Shown here piece after piece: positions 16,833-26,317 of a DNA stretch of 64,000 bases. The translations under genes were made by a program, and so were the position numbers. The stretch is from positions 21,989 through 85,988 of the forward strand of contig DASYQW010000033.1 of the NCBI GenBank assembly GCA_036005065.1, in the 5' to 3' direction. The notes below the pieces were generated by a model, which ran no database searches, was not told the origin of the DNA, and saw nothing but the letters and a program-made list of their open reading frames with translations. Positions within the stretch are counted from its first letter, which is position 1; the number at the start of each line of letters is the position of its first letter. This stretch comes from Candidatus Methylomirabilota bacterium (GTDB taxonomy: Bacteria; Methylomirabilota; Methylomirabilia; Rokubacteriales; DASRDR01).

Positions 16833-19800
16833 GGCGAGACGTCCACGGCGGCATTCGGCAGCTCCCCGAACAGCTCCGGCGCATACAGGGCTTCGACGCG
16901 CGTCGTGGGGAGCACGAAGCGCCCGCTCTGGTTCAGCCGGATCGTGTACTCGACGACCAGGCTCCCCTTCGGGACCCACGCATAGTACGCCCGGAAGGCC
17001 TCGAAGCCGCGCTCCTCGAAGGCCGGCCACGCCTGCCCCCGCCACGCCTCGCCCTGCGTCGCGAGCCGGGAGTCGCGGCCCAGCCCGGTCCCCAGGTGCG
17101 AAGCCCCCGCGGGGATGGGATCGCTCACGACGACCCAGGTCATGTCGGTCTGGGCCTCGATCTCGAGTCTCACCCGGACGAGGTCGCCGCGGCTCCACCG
17201 CCCCGCCTCCCGCGGCTCGAGCGGCGTTACGGTCTTGATGATGCGATAGCCGGCGGTGAGCGGCGTCGTGAGCGGGATGGCGGCCCGGGCCAGGATGGTC
17301 ACCCAGGGCTGCCCCGTCCCCGCGTGGTCCACGGTCACCTCCGCCCCCGTCGCGGGCCACGGGAACGTGAGCGACGCGCCGCTCGCCGCGTCCGCCCACG
17401 AAAGCCGCCGGGTCCCGCCGGCGAGCGCGGCGGTGGTCGTCCCGCTGACCGGGGTCCGCTCGAAGGCGCGCGAGAAGCGCTCGACCGCCAGCACGCCCCA
17501 CGCATTCGCGACGGTCAGGTCCCACGCCCCGTGTCGCTGGCGGGCCAGGGCCCCGCGAAGGATGCGGGGGACGTCATCCCGCCACTGGTCCGTCTCGAGG
17601 AGGTGGAGGAGCAGCCGGACGGCGTTCGTGTCCGCGGAGAGCATGAGCCACCAGAGCGCGTCGCCGCGCTCGGTGGAGAATCCCATCGTCGTCCCCGAGA
17701 AGGTGAGCCGCGCCCGGATGATCTGCTCGGCCTCGGCGAGACGGCGCTCGCGGTTCCCGATGCCGGGAAGGCGGTGGAGGAGGCTCCACCAGTCGAGGAC
17801 CGCGGAGGTCGGCCAGAGGTTGGGCTCGATGGTGACGCTGCCCAGGAGCCGCGGCTCGGCTTTCCCGTACCGGGCGAGCGCCTCGAGGGCCGCGAGCTTG
17901 CGGATCGACAGGTCGGCCGTCGGCAGCTCGGCCCGACCGGGCAGGCTCCCCTCGACGAACCGCCGGAGCGCGTCCTGCATCCGGCCCCGGACGTCGTCCG
18001 GAATCGGCCAGCCCGCCTCGTGGCTGATGGCCAGGACGTAGGACGTCAGGACCTCGCTCCCCCAGAGCATGGTGGGGAAGTACTTGAGGAGGCCGTCGGC
18101 ATCGAGCGAGAAGGGCAGGCTCGCCACGATCTCCTGCCAGAGGCGCTCGTTGCGGAGCGCCACCGCGCGGGAGACCTTCTGCTCGAGGCACGTGTAGGGG
18201 TAGCGGCTCATCCACTCCCGCACGCCGGCGAGGCCGTCGACGAGGGTCCGGCGGAGCGCGACCTCGACGCCGCCGCGTCCCGGCACCGCGTCGGACGGCC
18301 GCTCGACCGGCTGCCGGAGCGGGCCCACCCACTGGCTCAGCGTCGCCTGGAAGGTCCGGACGAAGACCGCCGGCACGACCCGCTGGCTCACGCGGACCCG
18401 ATCCGCCGGGCCGCCGCGCTCACCGGCCTCGATGTCGTACGTGAGCCGCTCGACGCCGACCGGCGCGGTGACCTCCCAGCCGACCGTCCGCGCCTCACCC
18501 GGGGCCAGGTCGAGGGCCTGCTCGCCGAGGGGGTCACCGGCTCCCTCGATCCAGCCGCGGACCGTCACGGCCATCGCCCGCTCGGTCGCGTTCCGGAGCG
18601 TCACCTCCGACCGGAACCGGTCTCCCTCCCGGACGAGGGGCGCGATGCCCGGGAGGATCATGAGGTCCTGGGTCGAGCGGATGGTGGTGGTCCCGGTCCC
18701 GAAGCGGCCGAGCCCGCTGGTGGCCACGGCCACGATCCGGAAGCTCGTGAGCGAGTCGTTGATCGGGACCTCGAGCCGGGCCTCGCCTCGAGCGTCGAGG
18801 GGCACCCGCGCCTTCCACAAGAGCAGCGTGTCGAACAGCTCCCGGGTCGTCTGCCGCCCGCCGCCACCACCGAGCGCCACGGCCTTGAGCCCGAAGTGCC
18901 GCTTGCCCACCACCTGCATCTGGGCCGTGGCCGTCCGCACGGCATACCCCCGCCGCCCCAGCATCGCCTCGAGGAGATGCCAGCTCGAATTCGGCGCGAG
19001 CTCGAGGAGCCCCTCGTCCACGACGGCGACCGCGACCTCGCTGCCGGGCGGAGGCGCCGCGCCGTCGGGCGTCCTCACGGCGATCCGCACGACGGCCGTC
19101 TCGCGGACGCGATAGGCCGGGCGCTCGGCCGTGACGCCGACCCGAAGCTCGTGCGCGCGCCAGCCCACCCGGATCTCCGCGATGCCGAGCTTGAACGCGG
19201 GCCGCCCGAGGTCGACGAGGGCCGTGGGCTGGACGTCGCCGGCCCGGCCGCGCACCGCCAGCACCGAGACGAACATGTTCGGCGCGTAGCTCGGGCGCAC
19301 CGGCACCTCGACGACCGGCTCCTTGCCCGAGAGGCGGACGACCCACGCCTCCTGGATGCCTTCCCGCTCCACGGCGACCAGCGCCGTCGCCTCGCGGAAC
19401 GGCATCCGAACCTGGAACCGGGCAACCTCCCCCGGCTCGTACCGCCGGCGCTCCGGGAGGAGATCCATGCGGTCGTGATCCCGAACCTGGAACCACCACT
19501 CCTCGGAGCCGGCGACCCAGACCGACTGATGGGCGGCGGTCGGCCGGCCGGCCTCGTCCGCGACACTCGCCTGGAGGACGAGGTTCCCGCTCACCGGCGG
19601 CTTCCCCTCGCACACGAGCCGGCCCTTCGCGTCCGTCACGCCCCGGCACAGCTCCCCGACCCGGCGGGTCTCCTCGACGTGCTCGAAGGCGTAGAAGCCG
19701 CCGACGAGGCGCTTCCGATGCGAGTACGCCTTCTGCTCGATCAGGTCCACCCGGACGGGCGCTCCCGCGACCGGCCGGCCGGCCACGTCCGTGACCGCCA

Positions 19801-22570
19801 CGGTCGCCTTGAGGCGATCGCGGGAGGACACCCAGCCGTCCGGCTTGATCCCGACCAGCCAGGTCGCCGGCCACAGCGGGACCGTGGTGGCGACCGTCTG
19901 GATCTCGCCGTTCGGGTCGCGGAACTCGAGCTCGGCCAGCACTTCAAGCGGCGTCGTCGCGCGAGGGAGCCGCGTGATGGTGGTCCGCGCGGTGCCGCCT
20001 CGATCGAGCCGAAGCTCCTCGCGCTGGTGGATCGCGGGACGCCCGGCCGCCGGCGCGTCGGCGGACTCCGGTTCCTCCTCCTCGGGGTCGCCGCCGCGCC
20101 GCACCATGCCTTCCTTGACGGGGCCGTTGGCGAAGGCGAACCCCTCGAAGTCTTCGCCGGCGGGGACCCAGCGCGGCCGGACCTGCGCGCGGAGCGTCAC
20201 CGGCTGATCGGATGCCGGACCGCCGGCCAGGTACTGGACGCCGACGTCCAGCGGGAGCTCGGCGACGGCGACCAGTGGCGTCGATGGCGCCCGGATCGTC
20301 CCGCGCATCAGCGGGACCCGGAACTCCTCGACCCGGAACTGACCGGCGTGCCACTCGGGTGCGAACTCGGGCTCGGCCTCCTCCTCGACGCCGGGCTGAA
20401 CCGAGCGGGCGGGTCGCTTCTTCGTCGGCGGCGCCAGCACGACCTGGTAGACGCCGAGCTTCGCCTCCTTCGGGATCGGCCAGGTGCTGAGGGCGGTGCC
20501 GGCCGGGTCCCACTCGACGGGAAGATCGTAGCGCTCCTCGCTCCCCAGATGACGGATCGAGACGCGGGTCGGCCGATCCCCATCGGCCACCGAGCCGAAC
20601 CCGCCGAGGGTCTGGGTCCGAATGAGATGCTTCATGTGGACCGTGTCACCGGCGCGGAAGAGCGAGCGGTCGAAGATCGTGTGGGCGGCGACCGGCCCCT
20701 GGTAGGGCTCGCCCGGAAGCTGGAAGCGCCAGGCCTCGATCCCCTGCTCCCAGCTCGAGTGGGCGAAGCTCAGGTCCTCGTGGGTCTGGGCGATGACGAA
20801 CAGCCCCTCGTCGAGGCCGAGGAGAGCCGTCGTCTGTGACCAGTCGAAGAAGGGGCGCCGGGCGCGCGGCCAGGGACAGCGCGGGAGGTCACGGCGCGCC
20901 GGGAGGCCCGCGGGCCGGGCGATGCCCTGCCCGTCCGTCGTCCCTCGCCAGAGGGTCCAGCCGCGGCAGTCCTGGACGGTGACCCGCGCTCCGGTCACGG
21001 GGCGGGCGGCATCCAGCGTCGTCACCCACACGAGCGAGCTCTCGCGCCCCCACTTCAGGTGAACCGAGAGGTTCGTGACCAGGGCGGCCGTCGGGACGTA
21101 CATGGGGCGCGGCCGCCCCAGGAGTGAGGCGCCCAGCCGGGCGCTCTCGAGCTCCACGATGTAGAGTCCCGGGGCGCCGAGCGGGATGCCGATCACCTCG
21201 AACGGGCGAGCCCCCTGGGGCTTGGGAACCTCGAAGGGCTGGACGGCCCGGCTGGGCTCGCCGCCTTCGAAGACGGAGGCCTCTCGATCGGCCAGCCGCA
21301 CCTTCCGCAGCCACGGCAGGATCTCGTCGCTCAGCTCCGGCGGAATCCGCCAGATCTTGCCGCGCACCCAGTCGAAGAGTCCGGTGCCGCCCCCGCGCGG
21401 CGCCTGATCCACGCGGAGGAGCCGCGTCCGGAGCTCCGGCTCCAGGTTGCGGAGCGTGACCGGCACCGCCGGGTCCCCCTTCGACTCGACGATCCCGAAG
21501 CGGGCCGCGAACTTGGCGAGCGGCGGGAACGGCTCGGTCCGCACGGTGAGCGGGAACGCGGCGGCGTTCGCGAGGAGCCGTCCGGCATCGTCCCGAAGCC
21601 CCGGGGGGACCTCGATCCGGAATGCGGTCGTCTCGGCGAAGGGCCCCGGGAAGACGACGCGCCGTACGAATCCCGCCGTCTCGTCGCCCGCCTCGGGAGT
21701 CGACGTCCGGCCGGCCGGATCGACGAGGGTGACCCGCCGGGCGGCCTCGCGCGCCACCGGAGCCGAGAACCGGACGGTCATCGGCGTCACCGGGAGGCAG
21801 CCGGCCTTCGGGTTCTCGCGCTCGCAGTGGAAGGTCGCGGTGAACGGGAGGCGGACCTCGAAGGGGAGCACCTGGTCCTGCTCGGACGCGACGCCGCTGG
21901 AGGTCGCCACGCCGGCGCCCCAGACGAGGCTCACCTTGGCGCCGTTCGGGAAGCGCTGGCGGGCCTGCAGGACGACGACGGGACCCGGCGGGGCGCCCCG
22001 GTAGCGCGTCCGGAGGAGCCCTTCCTTGACCGGCCCGCCGAGGAAGCGCACGCCGACGCGCTCCGGGAGTCCCTCCACCGTGAAGGCCACGTGCGCCAGC
22101 AGGGACGCCTCGGTCGGCTCGGCGTCCAGCAGGAGGACGAAGGCTTGCTCCTCGTCGATGTGAAGGCTGCCCTCGGGAGGGGTGGAGGCGAGGATGGCCG
22201 GCCCGCCCGTCGAGAAGGCGAAGTCCGGCCGGCCGGAGACGGCGTGGCCGGCCAGGCTCAGGAGGCCCGGCCGGACGCGGAAGGCGCAGCGCACGCCGGC
22301 CGGCAGGTCGCGCCCGAAGTCGTAGACCCAGCTCCGGCTGTCGACCCAGCGCCCCGTGCCCGCCTCGGCACAGGCGACGTCGAACGGCGGCGCGGACCCC
22401 CGCGGATCCCCGAGGGGCACCATGGGCTCGGAGAACCGGGCGGTCACCTGCCGGACGCGCTTGACGGTGCCCTGGGGGGTGAAGCCGGTGACCTCGGCGG
22501 CCACCGCGCCGACCGGCGCCGAGAGGGGGAGCAGGAGGAGGGCGGTGATCAGGGCGCGCATCGGTCGCAT
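16829..22570 (-). CDS. Bacterial alpha-2-macroglobulin family protein (YfhM/ECAM-like) with CLEQ thioester motif, signal peptide
   Basis: 1913-aa product with the thioester YPYTCLEQ and an N-terminal signal peptide MRPMRALITALLLLPLSAPVGA that has no lipobox Cys. It lies immediately upstream of pbpC. Confidence 0.9.
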   Translation of the reverse strand: MRPMRALITALLLLPLSAPVGAVAAEVTGFTPQGTVKRVRQVTARFSEPMVPLGDPRGSAPPFDVACAEAGTGRWVDSRSWVYDFGRDLPAGVRCAFRVRPGLLSLAGHAVSGRPDFAFSTGGPAILASTPPEGSLHIDEEQAFVLLLDAEPTEASLLAHVAFTVEGLPERVGVRFLGGPVKEGLLRTRYRGAPPGPVVVLQARQRFPNGAKVSLVWGAGVATSSGVASEQDQVLPFEVRLPFTATFHCERENPKAGCLPVTPMTVRFSAPVAREAARRVTLVDPAGRTSTPEAGDETAGFVRRVVFPGPFAETTAFRIEVPPGLRDDAGRLLANAAAFPLTVRTEPFPPLAKFAARFGIVESKGDPAVPVTLRNLEPELRTRLLRVDQAPRGGGTGLFDWVRGKIWRIPPELSDEILPWLRKVRLADREASVFEGGEPSRAVQPFEVPKPQGARPFEVIGIPLGAPGLYIVELESARLGASLLGRPRPMYVPTAALVTNLSVHLKWGRESSLVWVTTLDAARPVTGARVTVQDCRGWTLWRGTTDGQGIARPAGLPARRDLPRCPWPRARRPFFDWSQTTALLGLDEGLFVIAQTHEDLSFAHSSWEQGIEAWRFQLPGEPYQGPVAAHTIFDRSLFRAGDTVHMKHLIRTQTLGGFGSVADGDRPTRVSIRHLGSEERYDLPVEWDPAGTALSTWPIPKEAKLGVYQVVLAPPTKKRPARSVQPGVEEEAEPEFAPEWHAGQFRVEEFRVPLMRGTIRAPSTPLVAVAELPLDVGVQYLAGGPASDQPVTLRAQVRPRWVPAGEDFEGFAFANGPVKEGMVRRGGDPEEEEPESADAPAAGRPAIHQREELRLDRGGTARTTITRLPRATTPLEVLAELEFRDPNGEIQTVATTVPLWPATWLVGIKPDGWVSSRDRLKATVAVTDVAGRPVAGAPVRVDLIEQKAYSHRKRLVGGFYAFEHVEETRRVGELCRGVTDAKGRLVCEGKPPVSGNLVLQASVADEAGRPTAAHQSVWVAGSEEWWFQVRDHDRMDLLPERRRYEPGEVARFQVRMPFREATALVAVEREGIQEAWVVRLSGKEPVVEVPVRPSYAPNMFVSVLAVRGRAGDVQPTALVDLGRPAFKLGIAEIRVGWRAHELRVGVTAERPAYRVRETAVVRIAVRTPDGAAPPPGSEVAVAVVDEGLLELAPNSSWHLLEAMLGRRGYAVRTATAQMQVVGKRHFGLKAVALGGGGGRQTTRELFDTLLLWKARVPLDARGEARLEVPINDSLTSFRIVAVATSGLGRFGTGTTTIRSTQDLMILPGIAPLVREGDRFRSEVTLRNATERAMAVTVRGWIEGAGDPLGEQALDLAPGEARTVGWEVTAPVGVERLTYDIEAGERGGPADRVRVSQRVVPAVFVRTFQATLSQWVGPLRQPVERPSDAVPGRGGVEVALRRTLVDGLAGVREWMSRYPYTCLEQKVSRAVALRNERLWQEIVASLPFSLDADGLLKYFPTMLWGSEVLTSYVLAISHEAGWPIPDDVRGRMQDALRRFVEGSLPGRAELPTADLSIRKLAALEALARYGKAEPRLLGSVTIEPNLWPTSAVLDWWSLLHRLPGIGNRERRLAEAEQIIRARLTFSGTTMGFSTERGDALWWLMLSADTNAVRLLLHLLETDQWRDDVPRILRGALARQRHGAWDLTVANAWGVLAVERFSRAFERTPVSGTTTAALAGGTRRLSWADAASGASLTFPWPATGAEVTVDHAGTGQPWVTILARAAIPLTTPLTAGYRIIKTVTPLEPREAGRWSRGDLVRVRLEIEAQTDMTWVVVSDPIPAGASHLGTGLGRDSRLATQGEAWRGQAWPAFEERGFEAFRAYYAWVPKGSLVVEYTIRLNQSGRFVLPTTRVEALYAPELFGELPNAAVDVSP

Positions 22571-22678
22571 CAGCAGCCTTCGACGGAATACCCTGAGGGG
22601 AATTCAGGAGGCCGGTCGCTGTCGATCTGGCGCCCTCCCGTTCGACTAATGAGTGAATCCCACACAAGAGGAGGCGCC

Positions 22679-23026
22679 ATGCAGTACATGCTGCTGATCT
22701 ACCAGAACGAGGTGGAGTTCGGGAAGCTCAGCGACGCCGAGAAGGGGACGCTCTACCAGGAATACAGCCCGTTCACCGAGAGCATCAACAAGAGCGGGCA
22801 CTTCCGAGCGGGCGCCGGGCTCCAGCCCACCCAGACCGCGACGACGGTCCGGGTGCGGAACGGCAAGCGGCTGGTCACCGACGGACCGTTCGCGGAGTCC
22901 AAGGAGCAGCTCGCCGGCTACTACCTGATCGAGGCCAAGGACCTCGACGAGGCGATGGCCATCGCGGCTCGCGTCCCGTCGGCCAAGCTGGGCTCGGTCG
23001 AGGTCAGGCCGCTCATGGAAGAGTAG
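22679..23026 (+). CDS. YCII-related / DGPF domain protein
   Basis: 115-aa product [18 protein letters not shown]...[31 protein letters not shown] with a strong AAGAGGAGG RBS. Only the C-terminal part of the 21827..23026 ORF is used. Confidence 0.85.
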   Translation: MQYMLLIYQNEVEFGKLSDAEKGTLYQEYSPFTESINKSGHFRAGAGLQPTQTATTVRVRNGKRLVTDGPFAESKEQLAGYYLIEAKDLDEAMAIAARVPSAKLGSVEVRPLMEE

Positions 23027-23115
23027 AGCGTCGGAGGGGGCCTCGACGGCCCCCTCCGAAGAGGGCGCCGCGCCATCAGGCCGCCCGGTGGGATACACTT
23101 CCACCGGGCGGCTTG

Positions 23116-24375
23116 ATGAGCATCGAGCGGCTCTACCGGGAGGAGTCGGGGCGGATCCTGGCCACGCTGATCCGCCTCCTCGGCGACTTCGACCTCGCCG
23201 AGGAGGCGATGCAGGAAGCCTTCGCCGCGGCGCTCGCCCAGTGGCCGGCCGAAGGGGCGCCGGCTAACCCGCGGGCCTGGCTCATCGCCACCGCGCGGCA
23301 CCGGGCCGTGGACCTCCTCCGCCGGCGCACCCGCTTCGCGGCGAAGCGGGACGAGCTCCGGCGCCTCGCTACCCTGGAGGCCGAATCGGTGACGCCCGAG
23401 CTGCCCGACGGCATGGTCGCCGACGACCGGCTCCGCCTGATCTTCACCTGCTGCCATCCCGCGCTGGCCCGCGAGGCGCAGGTCGCGCTCACGCTCCGAA
23501 CCCTCGGCGGACTCGGCACCGAGGAGATCGCCCGCGCCTTTCTGGTGCCGGTGCCGACGATGGCGCAGCGCCTGGTCCGGGCCAAGCAGAAGATCCGCGA
23601 CGCCGGCATCCCCTATCGGGTGCCGCCCGACGAGGAGCTTCCGGAACGCCTCGACGCGGTGATGCTCGCCGTCTACCTCATCTTCAACGAGGGCTACGCC
23701 GCGACCTCGGGCGATGCCCTCATCCGCCGCGAGCTCTGCGGCGAGGCGATCCGGCTGGGCCGGCTCCTCTGCGCGCTGATGCCGGACCGCGCCGAGGCGT
23801 GCGGGCTACTGGCCCTGATGCTGCTCCACGACTCCCGGCGTGACGCGCGGACCGATCCGGAGGGCGAGCTCGTCCTGCTGGACGAGCAGGACCGCCGCCT
23901 CTGGGATCGGGGCCAGATCGAGGAGGGGGTGGCCCTCGTCGAGGGAGCGCTCCGGCGTGGCACCCCGGGGTTCTACACGCTCCAGGCCGCCATCGTCGCC
24001 CTTCACGCCCAGGCCGAGCGCGCCGAGGCGACCGACTGGCGCCAGATCGCCCAGCTCTACGGGTTGCTCTCGCGCATCCACCCCTCGGCCGTCGTGGAGC
24101 TCAACCGCGCCGTGGCGATCGCCATGGCCGACGGCCCCGCCGAAGGGCTGCGTCTCCTCGACGCGCTCGAGGCCGAGGGGAGTCTCCGCGAGTACCACCT
24201 CCTGCCGGCCGCCCGGGCCGATCTGCTCCGCCGCCTCGGGCGCTTCGCGGAGGCCGCCCTGGCCTACCGCCGCGCCCTGGCCCTCGGCGGAAACGCGCCG
24301 GAGCGCCGCTTCCTGGCGCGGCGGCTCGGCGAGGTCGAGGCGAAGGCCCGCGGCGGCCCGGCGCCGGTCACGTGA
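23116..24375 (+). CDS. ECF-type RNA polymerase sigma factor with long C-terminal extension (ECF41/42-like)
   Basis: The sigma2/sigma4 regions and the ~220-aa C-terminal extension are recognisable. It sits directly downstream of the DGPF gene. The ATG lies 3 nt after a TTG. Confidence 0.8.
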   Translation: MSIERLYREESGRILATLIRLLGDFDLAEEAMQEAFAAALAQWPAEGAPANPRAWLIATARHRAVDLLRRRTRFAAKRDELRRLATLEAESVTPELPDGMVADDRLRLIFTCCHPALAREAQVALTLRTLGGLGTEEIARAFLVPVPTMAQRLVRAKQKIRDAGIPYRVPPDEELPERLDAVMLAVYLIFNEGYAATSGDALIRRELCGEAIRLGRLLCALMPDRAEACGLLALMLLHDSRRDARTDPEGELVLLDEQDRRLWDRGQIEEGVALVEGALRRGTPGFYTLQAAIVALHAQAERAEATDWRQIAQLYGLLSRIHPSAVVELNRAVAIAMADGPAEGLRLLDALEAEGSLREYHLLPAARADLLRRLGRFAEAALAYRRALALGGNAPERRFLARRLGEVEAKARGGPAPVT

Positions 24376-24985
24376 GCGGCCGGGCCCGCGCCACGACGAA
24401 CCACTCGATCCCCTGACGCCCGGCGGCCGAGCTCCGGGGCACATGGCTCTCCTCGAGCGTGAAGGCCGGGGTGAAGAGGCGCCGCACCTCGGCCTCGGTC
24501 GTCGGGAACGGCGGGCCGCCGGCGCCCTCTCGGACCGGGAAGAAGCAGGCGAGGAGCCAGCCGTCCGGCTTGAGCAGTGTCCGGACGAGCCGCACGTATT
24601 CCGGCCGGCGGGCCGGGTCGATGGCGCAGTACGACGTGTACTCCCACACGCCGTCGAAGAACCCCGCGTAGTCCGCCGCCAGCCCGAACACGTCGCGCTC
24701 CTCGAAGACGATCGGCAGGCCCTCGGCCGCGGCGAGGGTCCGCGCCTCCCCGATCGCCTGCGGCGCGAAGTCGAAGCCCCAGACGTGAAAACCGATCCGG
24801 GCGAAGGCCCGGGCGTCGTGGCCGCGCCCGCAGCCGGGAACCGCGACGCGCTCACCGGGAAGCCGGTGGCGGGCGAGATACTCGACCAGCGGCGGCGTCG
24901 GCCGGCCGAGGTCCCACCGGTCCCCGCCCCGCTCGTAGAGTCCCCTCCAGAAGGCGGGCTCGCTGACGCTCGGCCCCTCGCTCAT
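24368..24985 (-). CDS. Thiopurine S-methyltransferase-like SAM-dependent methyltransferase
   Basis: 205-aa product ...[27 protein letters not shown]...[16 protein letters not shown]. The ATG overlaps the tesA-like stop (ATGA). Only the C-terminal part of the 621-aa track ORF is used. Confidence 0.7.
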   Translation of the reverse strand: MSEGPSVSEPAFWRGLYERGGDRWDLGRPTPPLVEYLARHRLPGERVAVPGCGRGHDARAFARIGFHVWGFDFAPQAIGEARTLAAAEGLPIVFEERDVFGLAADYAGFFDGVWEYTSYCAIDPARRPEYVRLVRTLLKPDGWLLACFFPVREGAGGPPFPTTEAEVRRLFTPAFTLEESHVPRSSAAGRQGIEWFVVARARPLT

Positions 24986-25617
24986 CTCCGGAGCAGAGGC
25001 AGCAGGAACGGCCACACGCGCTCGGCGATGACCCGATGCCCGGCGGCGTTCGGGTGGATGCCGTCGGGCTGATTGAGCTGCGGGTCGACGGCGACGCCGT
25101 CCAGCAGGAACGGCATGAAGGCCACCTGGGCCTGCCGGGCCACGTCGCCGAAGGCCCGGGTGAAGGCCTGGGTATAGTCGGCGCCATAGTTCGGCGGGAG
25201 CCGCATCCCGCAGAGGAGGACCCGCGCCCCGCCGGCCGCGAGCCGCGCGACGATGTCGGCGAGGTTCTGACGCATGGCCGCGACGTCCTGGCCCCGGAGG
25301 CCGTCGTTGGCGCCCAGCGCCACGATCGCGATCTCCGGCCGGCTCCGCAACACCCAGTCGACCCGCCGCCGCCCCCCGGCCGTCGTATCGCCGCTCACGC
25401 CCGCGTTCACCACGCGGTAGGGGTAGCCGTCCCGGTCGAGGCGCGCCTGGAGGCGCGCCGGCCAGGCCTCCCCCTGCGCCACGCCCAGTCCCGCCGTGAG
25501 GCTGTCTCCCAGGACGACGATGACGCGGGGCTCGGCTCCGGCCGGCGACACCGGCCAGCCCCCCGCCACGAGGGCGGCCGCGGCGAGGACGAGGAGGGCG
25601 CGGCGAAACCGTGGCAC
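24982..25617 (-). CDS. tesA: GDSL-family arylesterase/thioesterase I (TesA-like), signal peptide
   Basis: GDSLTAG motif and signal peptide. It is divergent from the ybbA/ybbP-like genes, as in E. coli tesA-ybbAP. It starts with GTG. Confidence 0.85.
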   Translation of the reverse strand: MPRFRRALLVLAAAALVAGGWPVSPAGAEPRVIVVLGDSLTAGLGVAQGEAWPARLQARLDRDGYPYRVVNAGVSGDTTAGGRRRVDWVLRSRPEIAIVALGANDGLRGQDVAAMRQNLADIVARLAAGGARVLLCGMRLPPNYGADYTQAFTRAFGDVARQAQVAFMPFLLDGVAVDPQLNQPDGIHPNAAGHRVIAERVWPFLLPLLRR

Positions 25618-25639
25618 GCGTCAAGTGTAATATGAGGCC

Positions 25640-26317
25640 GTGATCGCGATTCGCGACCTGGTGATGCGGCTGCCGAGCGGCGCCGGCCTCGTGACGATCC
25701 TCGACGGCGTCACGCTCGACGTCGCGTCGCGCGAGTTCCTGGCGGTGACGGGGCCGTCGGGCAGCGGGAAGTCGACGCTGCTCGGCCTCATCGCCGGGCT
25801 CGATCGGCCCACCGCCGGCTCGATCCGCGTGGACGGGCTCGAGCTGGCACGCCTCGACGAGGACGCGCTGGCCCGGCTGCGCCGGGACAAGATCGGGTAT
25901 CTCTTCCAGGCCTTCCACCTGATCCCGACGCTGACGGCGCTCGAGAACGTGGCCGTGCCCCTCGAGCTCGCGGGGGCACCGGATCCCCTCGGCCAGGCCC
26001 GCGCCCTGCTCGCCGACGTCGGCCTGGCCGACCGCGTGGCGCACTACCCCGCCCAGCTCTCGGGGGGCGAGCAACAGCGGGTGGCCCTCGCGCGTGCCTT
26101 CGCCAATCGCCCCGCGCTCCTCCTGGCCGACGAGCCGACCGGCAACCTCGACTCGGCCACCGGGTCGCAGGTCATCGAGCTCCTCCTGGCCTGGAACCGG
26201 GAGCGCGGCAGCACGCTCGTGCTCGTCACCCACGACCCGGCCCTCAGCCGGAACGCCGACCGCGTGATCGAGCTGCGCGACGGGCGGGTGGTCGGCGAGA
26301 CCGCGCTGGCGCCGTGA
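25640..26317 (+). CDS. ybbA: ABC transporter ATP-binding protein (YbbA/LolD/MacB-ATPase-like)
   Basis: Walker A GPSGSGKST, signature LSGGEQQRV, Walker B LLLADEPTGNLD. It starts with GTG after a GAGG RBS. Confidence 0.85.
   Translation: MIAIRDLVMRLPSGAGLVTILDGVTLDVASREFLAVTGPSGSGKSTLLGLIAGLDRPTAGSIRVDGLELARLDEDALARLRRDKIGYLFQAFHLIPTLTALENVAVPLELAGAPDPLGQARALLADVGLADRVAHYPAQLSGGEQQRVALARAFANRPALLLADEPTGNLDSATGSQVIELLLAWNRERGSTLVLVTHDPALSRNADRVIELRDGRVVGETALAP

Noticed and set aside
16826-22667. 1337-aa + ORF (16826..20839) and 592-aa minus ORF (20889..22667) across the A2M gene
   Set aside because: They are antisense or alt-frame to a 1913-aa ORF with the CLEQ thioester. They are extreme Arg/Gly/Pro composition artefacts.
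22571-22678. ECF-type promoter (GGAAC-N16-CGTT) upstream of the DGPF/sigma pair
   Set aside because: A CGTT is present, but no GGAAC at the appropriate distance was seen. I left it uncalled.
24368-26233. 621-aa minus ORF
   Set aside because: Only the C-terminal 205 aa (TPMT-like) are coding in this frame. Upstream, the real gene is the tesA-like CDS in another frame.
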